Source: Sandaracinaceae bacterium
Lineage (GTDB): Bacteria > Myxococcota_A > Polyangia > Polyangiales > Houyiibacteriaceae
Direction of reading: 5' to 3'
NCBI GenBank assembly: GCA_016706685.1
Contig: JADJJE010000051.1
Span: forward strand, 49,667 to 113,666
Length of the DNA stretch: 64,000 nucleotides
A program made the translations under genes and the position numbers. Of the stretch, positions 25,816 to 34,933 are shown piece after piece. Positions within the stretch are counted from its first letter, which is position 1. Each line of letters opens with the position of its first letter. The notes under the pieces were generated by a model. The model saw nothing but the letters and a program-made list of their open reading frames with translations, searched no databases and was not told where the DNA came from.

Positions 25816-27650
25816 GACGCGGCGCGCGCCTCGGCCGGCGTGGTGACCAGCTCGCCGCTCTCGCGCGCGTTCATGCCCTCGGTGCCGTGCTCGCGCGCGC
25901 TCACCCGCTCGCCGCGGCGCAGGAAGCGGCCGAAGCCGCGCGCCGTGCCGAAGCCCTCGGTGAAGCCCGCCGCCGTGTAAGCCAGTTGGCCGCCGATGAC
26001 GGTGGCGCTGACCGCCTCGTCGTTGCGGCGCACCATGCGCTGCACGCCCCCGAACACCTCGATGGGCGCCTCGTGGTATGCCGCCACGTCGTCATTGAGG
26101 CCGGCCGGGTTCACCACCACCACGTCGGCGCGGTCACCCACGCGCAGGTGTCCGGCGTCCACGCCCAGCCAGTCGGCGATCTCGCCGGTCACGCGATGCA
26201 CCGCGCGCTCGAGGCTCATGATGGGCTTCCCCGCCTCGGCCGCGCGCTTCACGCTGCGCAGGAAGTAGAGCGGGAAGTTGTAGAACGCCATGTTGCGGAT
26301 GTGCGCGCCCGAGTCGGCGAAGCCCACTTGCACGGTGGGGTGCGCCACGATCTGGTCGAGCGTCTCGTCGCGGTGGTTGGCGATGGTGGTGCGCCAGCGC
26401 AGCGCCGTGCCGTGCGCCATGACGAGGTCCAAGAACGTGTCCACCGGGTGCTCGCCGCGCTCGTCGGCCACCTCGCCGAAGCTGCGGCCCGCCAGGCTCG
26501 CGTCCGGCGCCGACACGATGTGCGCGTCGTGCAGGTCGCGGTGCCACACGCGCGGACCGAAGCGCTTGTCGTACTCCTTGCGGAAGCGGCGCCGGTAGGC
26601 CGGGTCGGCGAAGAGCTGGTTGCGCTGCACCTGCTCGGTGAGGTGCAGGGCCTCTTCGCCCGCGCCGAATTCCTCGAACACCACCAGGTCGATGCCGTCG
26701 GCGTAGACCTCGAAGGGCATGGGCACGCTCTGCCAGCGCACGTCGGCGTTCAGGAAGCGGTTGAACGCGCTGGTGCCCGCCATGACGGCCGACGCCAGCA
26801 TGGGGTTCGACTTGGTGTCGGCCACGGTGATGAGCGTGGTCTTGAGCGGCGCGCGCGCCCCGAAGCCAGCGCTGTCCCAGAGATAGAGCAGCGCGTTGTA
26901 CTTGGTGGTGATGTTGGGCGCGGACTGCAAGATGGCGCCACGCTCACGCAGGATGCGGTGGAAGCGGCGGTACTCGGCCCACGACGCGAAGGTGGACGGC
27001 AGCGGACGCGAGCGCACCCGGTCGCCGCCGATCTTGTCCCACGGGTTGGTCATGCACGAGAGCCCCAGGAAGCCCCGGTCGATGGCGTCGTTGAGCGCGG
27101 CCTCCATGCGCGCCTGCTCGTCCTTGGTGGGCTTGCGCTTGCTGTCCGTGGCGGCCTCGAGCCCCATCACGGACACGCGCAGGTCCGAGTGCCCGATGAA
27201 CGACATGACGTTGGGACCGAGCGGCAGCGCGTCCACATGCTGCTGGTAGCCCTTCGCGTCGCTCCAGGTCTTGTGCGTCTCGAGTGCATCCAGCACGTAC
27301 TCGCGTGGCAGCGCCTCCACGCGCGAGAAGATGTCCGCGCAGTCTTCGGGGGTGGCGTAGATGGTGCTCAGCGAGCACGAGCCGATGCACACCGTGGTCA
27401 CGCCGTGGCGCACCGACTCGGGCAGGCCCGGCGCCAGCAGCAGCTCGGCGTCGTAGTGCGTGTGCGCGTCCAGGAAGCCGGGCATCACCCACTGGCCTGT
27501 GGCGTCCACGACGTGGTCGGCGAGCGCCGGGTCGATGGTGGCCTCGATGGCGGCGATCTGACCATTGCGGATGCCCACGTCGGCGATCTTCCCGGGGGCG
27601 CCCGTGCCGTCGAAGACCGTGCCGGACTGGATGAGGATGTCGTAGCGCAT
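25812..27650 (-). CDS. N-acyl-D-amino-acid deacylase family amidohydrolase
   Basis: I chose the ATG at 27650: MRYDILIQSGTVFDGTGAPGKIADVGIRNGQIAAI...ATGQWVMPGFLDAHTHYD (HxH metal site). Length and C-terminal D-aminoacylase-like insert are typical. The upstream 67 codons of the track ORF lie in the AT-rich promoter region. Confidence 0.85.
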   Translation of the reverse strand: MRYDILIQSGTVFDGTGAPGKIADVGIRNGQIAAIEATIDPALADHVVDATGQWVMPGFLDAHTHYDAELLLAPGLPESVRHGVTTVCIGSCSLSTIYATPEDCADIFSRVEALPREYVLDALETHKTWSDAKGYQQHVDALPLGPNVMSFIGHSDLRVSVMGLEAATDSKRKPTKDEQARMEAALNDAIDRGFLGLSCMTNPWDKIGGDRVRSRPLPSTFASWAEYRRFHRILRERGAILQSAPNITTKYNALLYLWDSAGFGARAPLKTTLITVADTKSNPMLASAVMAGTSAFNRFLNADVRWQSVPMPFEVYADGIDLVVFEEFGAGEEALHLTEQVQRNQLFADPAYRRRFRKEYDKRFGPRVWHRDLHDAHIVSAPDASLAGRSFGEVADERGEHPVDTFLDLVMAHGTALRWRTTIANHRDETLDQIVAHPTVQVGFADSGAHIRNMAFYNFPLYFLRSVKRAAEAGKPIMSLERAVHRVTGEIADWLGVDAGHLRVGDRADVVVVNPAGLNDDVAAYHEAPIEVFGGVQRMVRRNDEAVSATVIGGQLAYTAAGFTEGFGTARGFGRFLRRGERVSAREHGTEGMNARESGELVTTPAEARAAS

Positions 27651-27690
27651 GGAAGATAGATAGCGTTCACTCTCTATCTTTGTCAAGCAC
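27651..27690 (-). promoter_or_regulatory. AT-rich promoter plus palindromic operator (probable TetR site) for the amidohydrolase-tetR operon
   Basis: The minus strand reads gtgcTTGACAaagatagagagtgaacgcTATCTAtcttccATG. This gives a perfect -35 and a candidate -10 after 18 nt, ending 6 nt before the ATG. The 8-bp inverted arms aagataga / tctatctt (27653-27660, 27673-27680) span the spacer and -10. Confidence 0.45.
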
Positions 27691-27706
27691 GTCTCCGCAA
27701 GGCCCA

Positions 27707-28009
27707 CTACGACGGCCGACGGGCCATCCAATAACCAGGACGCCGCTTGGCGTGAGCGACCGCCCAGACGACCACCCGATCGACCTCGATCTCGAAGAAA
27801 ACCACGTAGGGGAAGCGCTGGAGCAGCGCCCGTCGCCAAGGCTGTTTCCACACGGAGTACAGCTCTGGGTTGTCTCCGATATCGAGGAGCACACGACCGA
27901 CGGCGGCGACGTACTCCAGGCCGAGTCCAGGACGTTGCTCCTCGTACCAGAGCGCCGCTTCCTCGACCTCGATGTCCGCGTCGTCGTGGATGACGACGGG
28001 CAGACTCAC
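27707..28009 (-). CDS. parE: type II toxin, ParE/RelE family
   Basis: GTG at 28009 overlaps the antitoxin stop (GTGA). 100 aa: VSLPVVIHDDADIEVEEAALWYEEQRPGLGLEYVAAV...FPYVVFFEIEVDRVVVWAVAHAKRRPGYW, a typical plasmid-stabilisation toxin pattern. Confidence 0.8.
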   Translation of the reverse strand: MSLPVVIHDDADIEVEEAALWYEEQRPGLGLEYVAAVGRVLLDIGDNPELYSVWKQPWRRALLQRFPYVVFFEIEVDRVVVWAVAHAKRRPGYWMARRPS

Positions 28010-28233
28010 GTCTTGCTCAGCCTCAACAAGATGCGCGTCCGCACTTCGCTCCACGGCTTGGTGTTCTCGGCGCCACCAGTCCGGCGACGGTCGAGTTCCT
28101 CCAGCCAAGCCCGCTCCCACTCGGGGTCGCTGTGTCCTTCCACGCTGTTGATCAACTCGGTAGCGAGCGCGAGCCGGTCCTCCTCGGGAAGGTCGAGGGC
28201 ACGGGCGACGAGGTCACGGGCGGTCCGGCTCAT
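28006..28233 (-). CDS. type II antitoxin (putative addiction module component)
   Basis: 75 aa: ...LDLPEEDRLALATELINSVEG..DPEWERAWLEELDRR matches the 'addiction module component' antitoxin pattern. It sits immediately upstream of, and overlaps, the toxin. Confidence 0.7.
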   Translation of the reverse strand: MSRTARDLVARALDLPEEDRLALATELINSVEGHSDPEWERAWLEELDRRRTGGAENTKPWSEVRTRILLRLSKT

Positions 28234-28386
28234 GCCTTCATCCTAACTGGTAGACGGCTTCGAGTCAGCAGTAGCTCCCCTTCGAACACGCGGGTTGAAC
28301 CGTGACCTCCCCTCGGTCGAGTCATGGAACCGCACGACCGCAGGGTTGAGTGCGCGTTGCCTCCGCCGTTCGTCTACCCTGCTCCC

Positions 28387-28839
28387 ATGCGCACCGGCTT
28401 TCGGATCCTGCTGTGTTCCACGTTGCTCGGGTGCGGTGCCGGGGCGTCGCCCTCTGCCGAGGCCGCGCCAGCTGCCGAAGGTGCGGAGCAGGCCGTTCCC
28501 CCGGAGGCCGACGAGACGCTCGCTGCTACGGAGGCGCCGCCCGAGCCTGAGCCTGCGCAGGGAACCAGCACGCCAACCCCGGCGCCTCGGCGGCTGGTGG
28601 CCATCCGCGGCCGAGCGCGCGTGGAGCTCGAAGAAGGCGGCGGCATCCTGGTCGACTCGAACGCGCCGCCGCCTCCGCCGGGTTCGACCCCGCCGCGTCA
28701 CCCCACGCTGCACGGCAGCTGTGGTGGCGACCCGCTGGCCTGCTCGGAGGCGGGCACCGTGGTGCGCCGTGCGACGACGCTCGACGAGGTGCGCGCGGGG
28801 CTCGAGCCCCTGGGCTTCACGGTGACCATCGCTCCCTGA
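28387..28839 (+). CDS. hypothetical Pro/Ala-rich lipoprotein
   Basis: ATG at 28387 gives MRTGFRILLCSTLLG-C (lipobox), followed by a low-complexity linker and a small C-terminal domain. Confidence 0.5.
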   Translation: MRTGFRILLCSTLLGCGAGASPSAEAAPAAEGAEQAVPPEADETLAATEAPPEPEPAQGTSTPTPAPRRLVAIRGRARVELEEGGGILVDSNAPPPPPGSTPPRHPTLHGSCGGDPLACSEAGTVVRRATTLDEVRAGLEPLGFTVTIAP

Positions 28840-28848
28840 GCGCCGCGG

Positions 28849-29596
<748 letters not shown>

Positions 29597-29604
<8 letters not shown>

Positions 29605-30823
29605 GGCGAATGGCCACCGCGGGGTCGAGGCGCGCGGCGCGCAAGGCGGGCATGGCCGCGGCCAGCACGCCGGTCAGGATGGCCAGCCCGGCGGCGCCGC
29701 CGAACACCCACAGCTCATAGCGGATACGGAACGTGGGGCCGGCCGGAACGCGGCTCATGGCCTCTTGGAACGCGGCCAACAGCAGCACTCCCAGGCCCGA
29801 GCCGAGCAGCGCGCCCAGCACGCCGAGCAGCGCGCCCTGCAGCAGGAAGATGCGCAGAATGGCGGAGCGCGAGGTGCCGATGGCCCGCAGGATGCCGATC
29901 TGCCCCTGCTTCTGCACCACCGACACCACCAGCACCGACGCGATGCCCATGGCCACGGCGATGAGCACGAACACGCGAATGAGCGTGGTGCTCATGGACT
30001 GCGAGCGCAGCGCCGACAGCAGCTGCGCGTTCTTGGCCATCCAGCTCTCGGCGGTGAGCCCCGTGCGGCGGTGCAGGCGCGTGGCCACCTCCTCGGCCGC
30101 GAACACGTCGTCCACCTTCACGTCCAGGTGCGTGACGCCACCGGGGATCAGGAAGAGCGTCTGTGCGCTGCGCAGGGCCACCAAGATCCACTGCGAGTCC
30201 GAGGCGGGCCCGCCCAGGCTGAACATGCCGCGCACGATGAAGCGCGCCTCGCTGCCGTCGCCCGCCGTCACGCGCACGGTGTCGCCCAGGCTCACGCCCA
30301 GCTCGGCCGCCAGGTCGTCTCCCAAGATGGCGTCCTGCCCGCCCACGCGGTACTCGCCCGCCACCATGTTCTCGGCGATGGGCACCACGCGCGCGTACTC
30401 CTCGGGGCGCACGCCCTGCACCAGCACCGTGGCTGTCACGCTGCCGCGCCGCGCCAGCGCAGGGCCCGCCGCGCGCGGTGACACCACGGTCACGCCGCGC
30501 AGCTCACGGGCCCGCTCGGCCGTGGCCGGCCACTCGTCGATGGAGCGCAGCCGCTGGCTGGGCCGCTGGATGTCACGCCCCAGGAACACCCCTGCCGCAG
30601 GGTCACCGTGCTGCAGGGGGCGGGCCACCTCTTCGGGCGGCTCGAGCGTCACGTGGGCCAGGCTGCCCAGCGTCTTGTCGATCAGGTCTTCCTGCAGGCC
30701 GGCGATGAGCGCCGTGATGAACACCTGCACGGCCACGCCCACCGCTACGCCCACCACGATGAGCGCGGTCTGCGAACGCCCGTCGCGAAAGAAGCGCAGC
30801 GCCAGGAACCAGGTAAACGGCAC
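29597..30823 (-). CDS. ABC transporter permease, FtsX/MacB-LolCE family
   Basis: 408 aa with N-terminal TM (MPFTWFLALRFFRDG...), a periplasmic domain, and a C-terminal FtsX domain (...LRAIGTSRSAILRIFLLQGALLG...). Overlaps the ATPase gene by 8 nt. Confidence 0.9.
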
Positions 30824-32089
30824 TCAGCGCGCTCCCGACGCGGCGGCGTCTTCGGCGTCGGTCACCTTCACGCGGGTGCCGTCTTCGAGGGCAGGCAGGG
30901 CCACGCCCGTGGCCGCCAGCACCACGCGGTCACCGGGCTCGAGGCCGCGGGTCACCTCGTAGAGCTCACCGGCGCGCAGCCCCACGGTGATGGCCCTGCG
31001 GGTCACGCGCCCGTCGGCCACCACCAGCACGCTGGGGGCCGCGCCGCTCGCGTCCTCGATGGCCTCGGCGGGGCAGATGACCACGTCGGGCAGGCGCGCG
31101 AGCTCGATCTCCACCGAGGCGGTCATGCCCGGCAGCAAGAACTCGGGCACTGGCGCGCTGATGCTCAGCTCCACCTTCACGGTGCCGCGCGCGGCGTCCA
31201 CCGCGGGCGCGATGCGCAGCACGGTGGCGGGGAAGGTCAGCTCGGGCCGCGCCTCCACCGAAGCGAGGGCCGGCTGCCCCACGCGGATGAACGCCAGGTG
31301 GCTCTCGTCGGGGTGCACCTCGAGGCGCGGCGCGCCGTCGGCCACGAACTCGAAGAGCGACTGTCCGGCCTGCACCACCTCGCCCTGCTCCACGGTGCGG
31401 CGCAGCACGCTGCCGGCCGCGGGCGCGCGCAGCGTGGTCTGCTCGAGGCGCCGCTCGGCGCTGCGCAGGGCGGCCTGGGTGCGCCGCAGGGCTGCCACCG
31501 TGAGGCGCACGTCCCCGCCACCCGCGCTGGCGCTCTCGGCCTCGGCCTCGGCCAGCCGCAGCTGCGCGGCCGACGTGTCGCGCGCGCGCCGGGCGTCATC
31601 CAGCTGCTCCGACGGAAGCACGCCGCGGGTCACCAGCCCCTCGGTGCGCGCGAAGCGCAGCTCGGCCTGCTCGGCGTCAGCCTGGGCGCGCGCCTCCGTG
31701 GCCAGCGCCACGCGCACGCCGGTGTTGCGCAACCGCGAGAGGCGCACTTGGGCCTCCGCCACGGCCGCCTGCGCCTCGTCCATGGCGGCGCGTGCGTTCG
31801 CGTCGTCCAGCTGCAGCAGCACCTCGCCTTCCGCCACGTGCTGCCCTTCCTCCACGCTCACGCTCACCACGCGCCCGCCCACCTCGGGCCCCAGCGTGGT
31901 GCGCCGCGGCGCCTCCACCTGACCCGACGTGACCACGGTGCGCACCAGCGTGCCGCGCTGCACCTCGGCGGTCTCCACGGGCGTGGCGCGCCCGAACTTC
32001 CACCACGCGAAGACGCCGCCACCGGACAAGAGCACGACCAAGGTGATCACCAGCGCGGGCGAGAGCCGGCGCGCAGAAGGGGGAGGCAT
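30824..32089 (-). CDS. HlyD/MFP-family periplasmic adaptor
   Basis: ATG at 32089 (MPPPSARRLSPALVITLVVLLSGG... anchor). It has a lipoyl-like hairpin (GGRVVSVSVEEGQHVAEGEVLLQLDD), coiled-coil Ala/Arg/Gln repeats and a beta-barrel C-terminus. It abuts the permease start. Confidence 0.85.
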   Translation of the reverse strand: MPPPSARRLSPALVITLVVLLSGGGVFAWWKFGRATPVETAEVQRGTLVRTVVTSGQVEAPRRTTLGPEVGGRVVSVSVEEGQHVAEGEVLLQLDDANARAAMDEAQAAVAEAQVRLSRLRNTGVRVALATEARAQADAEQAELRFARTEGLVTRGVLPSEQLDDARRARDTSAAQLRLAEAEAESASAGGGDVRLTVAALRRTQAALRSAERRLEQTTLRAPAAGSVLRRTVEQGEVVQAGQSLFEFVADGAPRLEVHPDESHLAFIRVGQPALASVEARPELTFPATVLRIAPAVDAARGTVKVELSISAPVPEFLLPGMTASVEIELARLPDVVICPAEAIEDASGAAPSVLVVADGRVTRRAITVGLRAGELYEVTRGLEPGDRVVLAATGVALPALEDGTRVKVTDAEDAAASGAR

Positions 32090-32185
32090 GCCTGCACCGT
32101 ACCCCCGCTGGCGCGCGAGACAACGCGCGAGGTCTCGACAGCGTACGGCGATCATGATCTACGCTCTGTGTGGAGCCGTTCATCG

Positions 32186-32773
32186 ATGTACTCTTCTGAA
32201 GTGACCACCCATGCCTCCCGCAGCCATCTCGCCGCGGCCCTCGCGCTCACCTGCCTGAGCGCCCTCACGGCGCAGCCCGCGCGGGCCGACCGCGTCATCG
32301 GGCCCGGACAAGAGGACCATGTCCTCTCTCTGTTCGCGCCTGCGGGCCTCGGGGACGAAGTGGTGACGGGCTATCGCCTGATGGACGTCTCGATTCGCTC
32401 GCGCGAGATCCTCCTGCGCCTCGATCCCACGAGCGTGCCCGGTGCCGCCCCGCGTCCGCTGCAGGTGCGGCTCGTAGCCCTCGATGAACCCCTCGACGGG
32501 GCCGTCGCCTTCGCCGACTCGGAGAGCTTCGCCCTGGTGACCGACGCGCAGCCCAGCGATTCGGAGCGCGCCGCGCTCGAGCAGCTGGTCACGCGCGTGC
32601 GCGAGAACGACGATGGGAGCTTCTGGGTCGAGGTCGCCACGGAGAACGGTGCGTCCGAGGGCATGGGCAGCGCAGCCCTGCCGTACCTCGCGGCGCTCGC
32701 GGCCGTCGTGGCCGTGGTGGTGGTCACGGTCGTCGTGCGCCGCAAGCGCAAGCGCTCCAGCGCCGTCGAGTGA
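32186..32773 (+). CDS. hypothetical secreted protein with a C-terminal membrane anchor
   Basis: ATG at 32186. Signal peptide ...LTCLSALTAQPARA-D. C-terminal TM LPYLAALAAVVAVVVVTVVV followed by RRKRKR. The upstream part of the 30608-32773 ORF is antisense to the efflux genes. Confidence 0.55.
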   Translation: MYSSEVTTHASRSHLAAALALTCLSALTAQPARADRVIGPGQEDHVLSLFAPAGLGDEVVTGYRLMDVSIRSREILLRLDPTSVPGAAPRPLQVRLVALDEPLDGAVAFADSESFALVTDAQPSDSERAALEQLVTRVRENDDGSFWVEVATENGASEGMGSAALPYLAALAAVVAVVVVTVVVRRKRKRSSAVE

Positions 32774-32847
32774 GACCATGGCGGACGCGCAGGCCGCGGC
32801 GTGACGCTGCGACCCACGTGCTAGGCCTGCGCGCAAAGGAGAGCTGC

Positions 32848-32997
32848 ATGCGCGGATTTGCACTGGGTCCGGATGGCCGGATTGCTCGTGCGTTCGTCGC
32901 GTCGTCTGTTCTGGCAGCCCAACCCGTTCTCCAAGCGACCCAGAACGCCAGTCTGATGAATGCGTTCGAGTTCCCCCTCTGCGAGTACGTCCAGTAG
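32848..32997 (+). CDS. possible small ORF (49 aa), function unknown
   Basis: AAGGAGA lies 5 nt upstream of the ATG at 32848, in a low-GC pocket. Peptide: MRGFALGPDGRIARAFVASSVLAAQPVLQATQNASLMNAFEFPLCEYVQ. No homology recognised. Confidence 0.2.
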   Translation: MRGFALGPDGRIARAFVASSVLAAQPVLQATQNASLMNAFEFPLCEYVQ

Positions 32998-33130
32998 AGC
33001 GGCCCACGTTAGCGCCACGTCGCCTGACTTCCTGTGCCATCCGCGTCCCAGGAGCAGGAGCACTCTGGCGAGCCCAGCTGAGCCCATCAGGGGCCCCCTT
33101 CAGATCCCAGGCGCGTTCCCCCGCCGCGTC

Positions 33131-33300
33131 CCCCGCGTGCTCTCTCGAGACGCCACCGTGGAGGGGGACGGGCGCCCTGGGCAGCGGGGCTTGGGGGGGC
33201 CCTATTTCAAGCGTCCGCAGGACGCGCCGAAATGGGGGAGGTCAACCAGAGGGAGCGCCTGCGCGACCGCCCCCGCAGACCAGGGTGCCCGTCGCACTCC
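33131..33300 (+). repeat. copy B of the ~156-nt intergenic repeat
   Basis: 33146-33300 matches the reverse complement of 20204-20359 (146 of 156 columns). The 14-bp long-range helix is 33167-33180 with 33280-33293. It ends ~55 nt upstream of the GTG at 33354. Confidence 0.85.
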
Positions 33301-33353
33301 CATCGATCACGCCCCCAGAGACGCCCGCCACCCGCGTGTGGTAAGCAACTCCT

Positions 33354-33523
33354 GTGATCCCCGCCCCGCCCGGTACCGACTCGATTCGGAACGACCTCGC
33401 CCGCCTCGTCGCCGGCGGCAAAGCGTCTAGCTCGGACCCCGACCGCGTGGCCTACGCCCGCGACCTCTGGCCGCGCCACCAGATCGCCACCCGCGCCGGC
33501 AACCCTGCCGTGGCGCCCCCGCG
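33354..33523 (+). pseudogene. N-terminal segment of the FAD-linked oxidase, in a different frame from the body of the gene
   Basis: The frame from GTG 33354 reads ...DPDRVAYARDLWPRHQIATRAGNPAVAPP, the expected N-terminus of AGPS/GlcD-type oxidases. The sense continues only in the frame that opens at 33524 (VIVWPSNTEELSSVIAYAAARSIPVVPYGAGSG). Confidence 0.65.
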
Positions 33524-33595
33524 GTCATTGTCTGGCCCAGCAACACCGAAGAGCTCTCGTCCGTCATCGCCTACGCAGCGGCCCGCAGCATCCCG

Positions 33596-34933
33596 GTGGT
33601 CCCCTATGGCGCCGGCAGCGGTGTATGCGGCGGCGTGCTGCCCACCACCGACACCGTGCTCATCGACATGAAGATGATGCGCTCCCTAAAGACCATCGAC
33701 CGCGCGCGCCTCACCTGCGACGCGGACGCGGGCATGATCGGCCAGCACCTCGAGGACGACCTCGGCGCGGCCGGCTTCACACTCGGGCACTTCCCCAGCA
33801 GCATCTACTGCTCCACGCTGGGCGGCTGGGTGGCGGGACGCTCCGCCGGGCAGTGCTCGGGGCGCTACGGCAAGATCGAGGACATGGTGCTGGGCCTCAC
33901 CGTGGTGGACGGCACCGGCCGCGTGCTGCGCGCCGAGCGCGGCGGCGACAACAGCGCGCTCCTGCCGCTGTTCATCGGCAGCGAGGGCATCCTGGGCGTG
34001 GTCACCGAGGCGCGTCTGCGCATCGCCCCGGCGCCTCCCTGCCGGCGCTTCGCGAGCTACCTCTTCCCCAGCACCGAGACCGGCCTCGATGCCATCCGGC
34101 GCATCTACCAGGCGGGCCTGCGACCGGCCGTGGCGCGCTTGTACGACCCGTTCGACTCCATGATTGCCCGGCGCGGTGGCCTGCGCACCGAGCACGAAGC
34201 CGAGCCCAAGCCCAAGCGCACGGAGGCCAAGCCGGGCCTCGGCCTGCGCGCGCTGGTGCAGGCGCTGCGGGCGCCCGGCATGCTGAACGAGCTCATCGAC
34301 CGCGTGCCCGACAAGACCATGGGCGGCGCCAAGCTCATCTTGGTGTGGGAGGCCGACCCGCTCATCGCCGACGCGGAGCTGCGCGAGGCGCGCGCCATCT
34401 GCAGCCGGTACGACGCGCAGGACACGGGCGAGGGGCCCGCCAAGCACTGGCTCGGGCACCGCCACAGCGTGAGCTACCGCCAGTCGCCCCTGTTCACGGC
34501 CGGCGCCTTCATTGACACCATGGAGGTGGCCGCCACCTGGTCGCGCTTGCTGCCCATGTACCACGCGGTGCGCTCCGCCCTCTCACCGCACGTGTTCGTC
34601 ATGGCGCACTTCAGCCACGCGTACCCGGATGGCGCCTCCATCTACTTCACCTTCGCTGGCGCGGCGCGTGACGACCACGCCTGCGAGCTGGCCTACGACC
34701 GCGCTTGGAAGGCTGCGCTGAAGGCGGTGGTCGCGGCGGGCGGCACGCTCAGCCACCACCACGGCGTGGGCCGCAGCAAGGCGCCCGCCATGCGCAGCGA
34801 GCAGGGCAACGCCATCGACGTGGTGCGCGAGCTCAAGCGCGTGATGGACCCGAAGGGCATCTTCAACCGCGGGGCGTTGATCCCCGACCTGGACGAGCAC
34901 ACCCCGCTCGGTCCCGTGGCGGAGGCCGAGTGA
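33596..34933 (+). CDS. FAD-linked oxidase, alkyl-dihydroxyacetonephosphate-synthase-like (GlcD/PCMH family); the ORF as called lacks its N-terminus
   Basis: 445-aa track ORF from GTG 33596. VVPYGAGSGVCGG (FAD_binding_4), GHFPSSIYCSTLGGWVAGRSAGQCSGRYGKIEDMVLGLTVV (AGPS-like) and a C-terminal FAD-oxidase_C region (...GGTLSHHHGVGRSK). The homologous sense extends upstream to 33524 and then to 33354 in another frame. Confidence 0.85.
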   Translation: MVPYGAGSGVCGGVLPTTDTVLIDMKMMRSLKTIDRARLTCDADAGMIGQHLEDDLGAAGFTLGHFPSSIYCSTLGGWVAGRSAGQCSGRYGKIEDMVLGLTVVDGTGRVLRAERGGDNSALLPLFIGSEGILGVVTEARLRIAPAPPCRRFASYLFPSTETGLDAIRRIYQAGLRPAVARLYDPFDSMIARRGGLRTEHEAEPKPKRTEAKPGLGLRALVQALRAPGMLNELIDRVPDKTMGGAKLILVWEADPLIADAELREARAICSRYDAQDTGEGPAKHWLGHRHSVSYRQSPLFTAGAFIDTMEVAATWSRLLPMYHAVRSALSPHVFVMAHFSHAYPDGASIYFTFAGAARDDHACELAYDRAWKAALKAVVAAGGTLSHHHGVGRSKAPAMRSEQGNAIDVVRELKRVMDPKGIFNRGALIPDLDEHTPLGPVAEAE

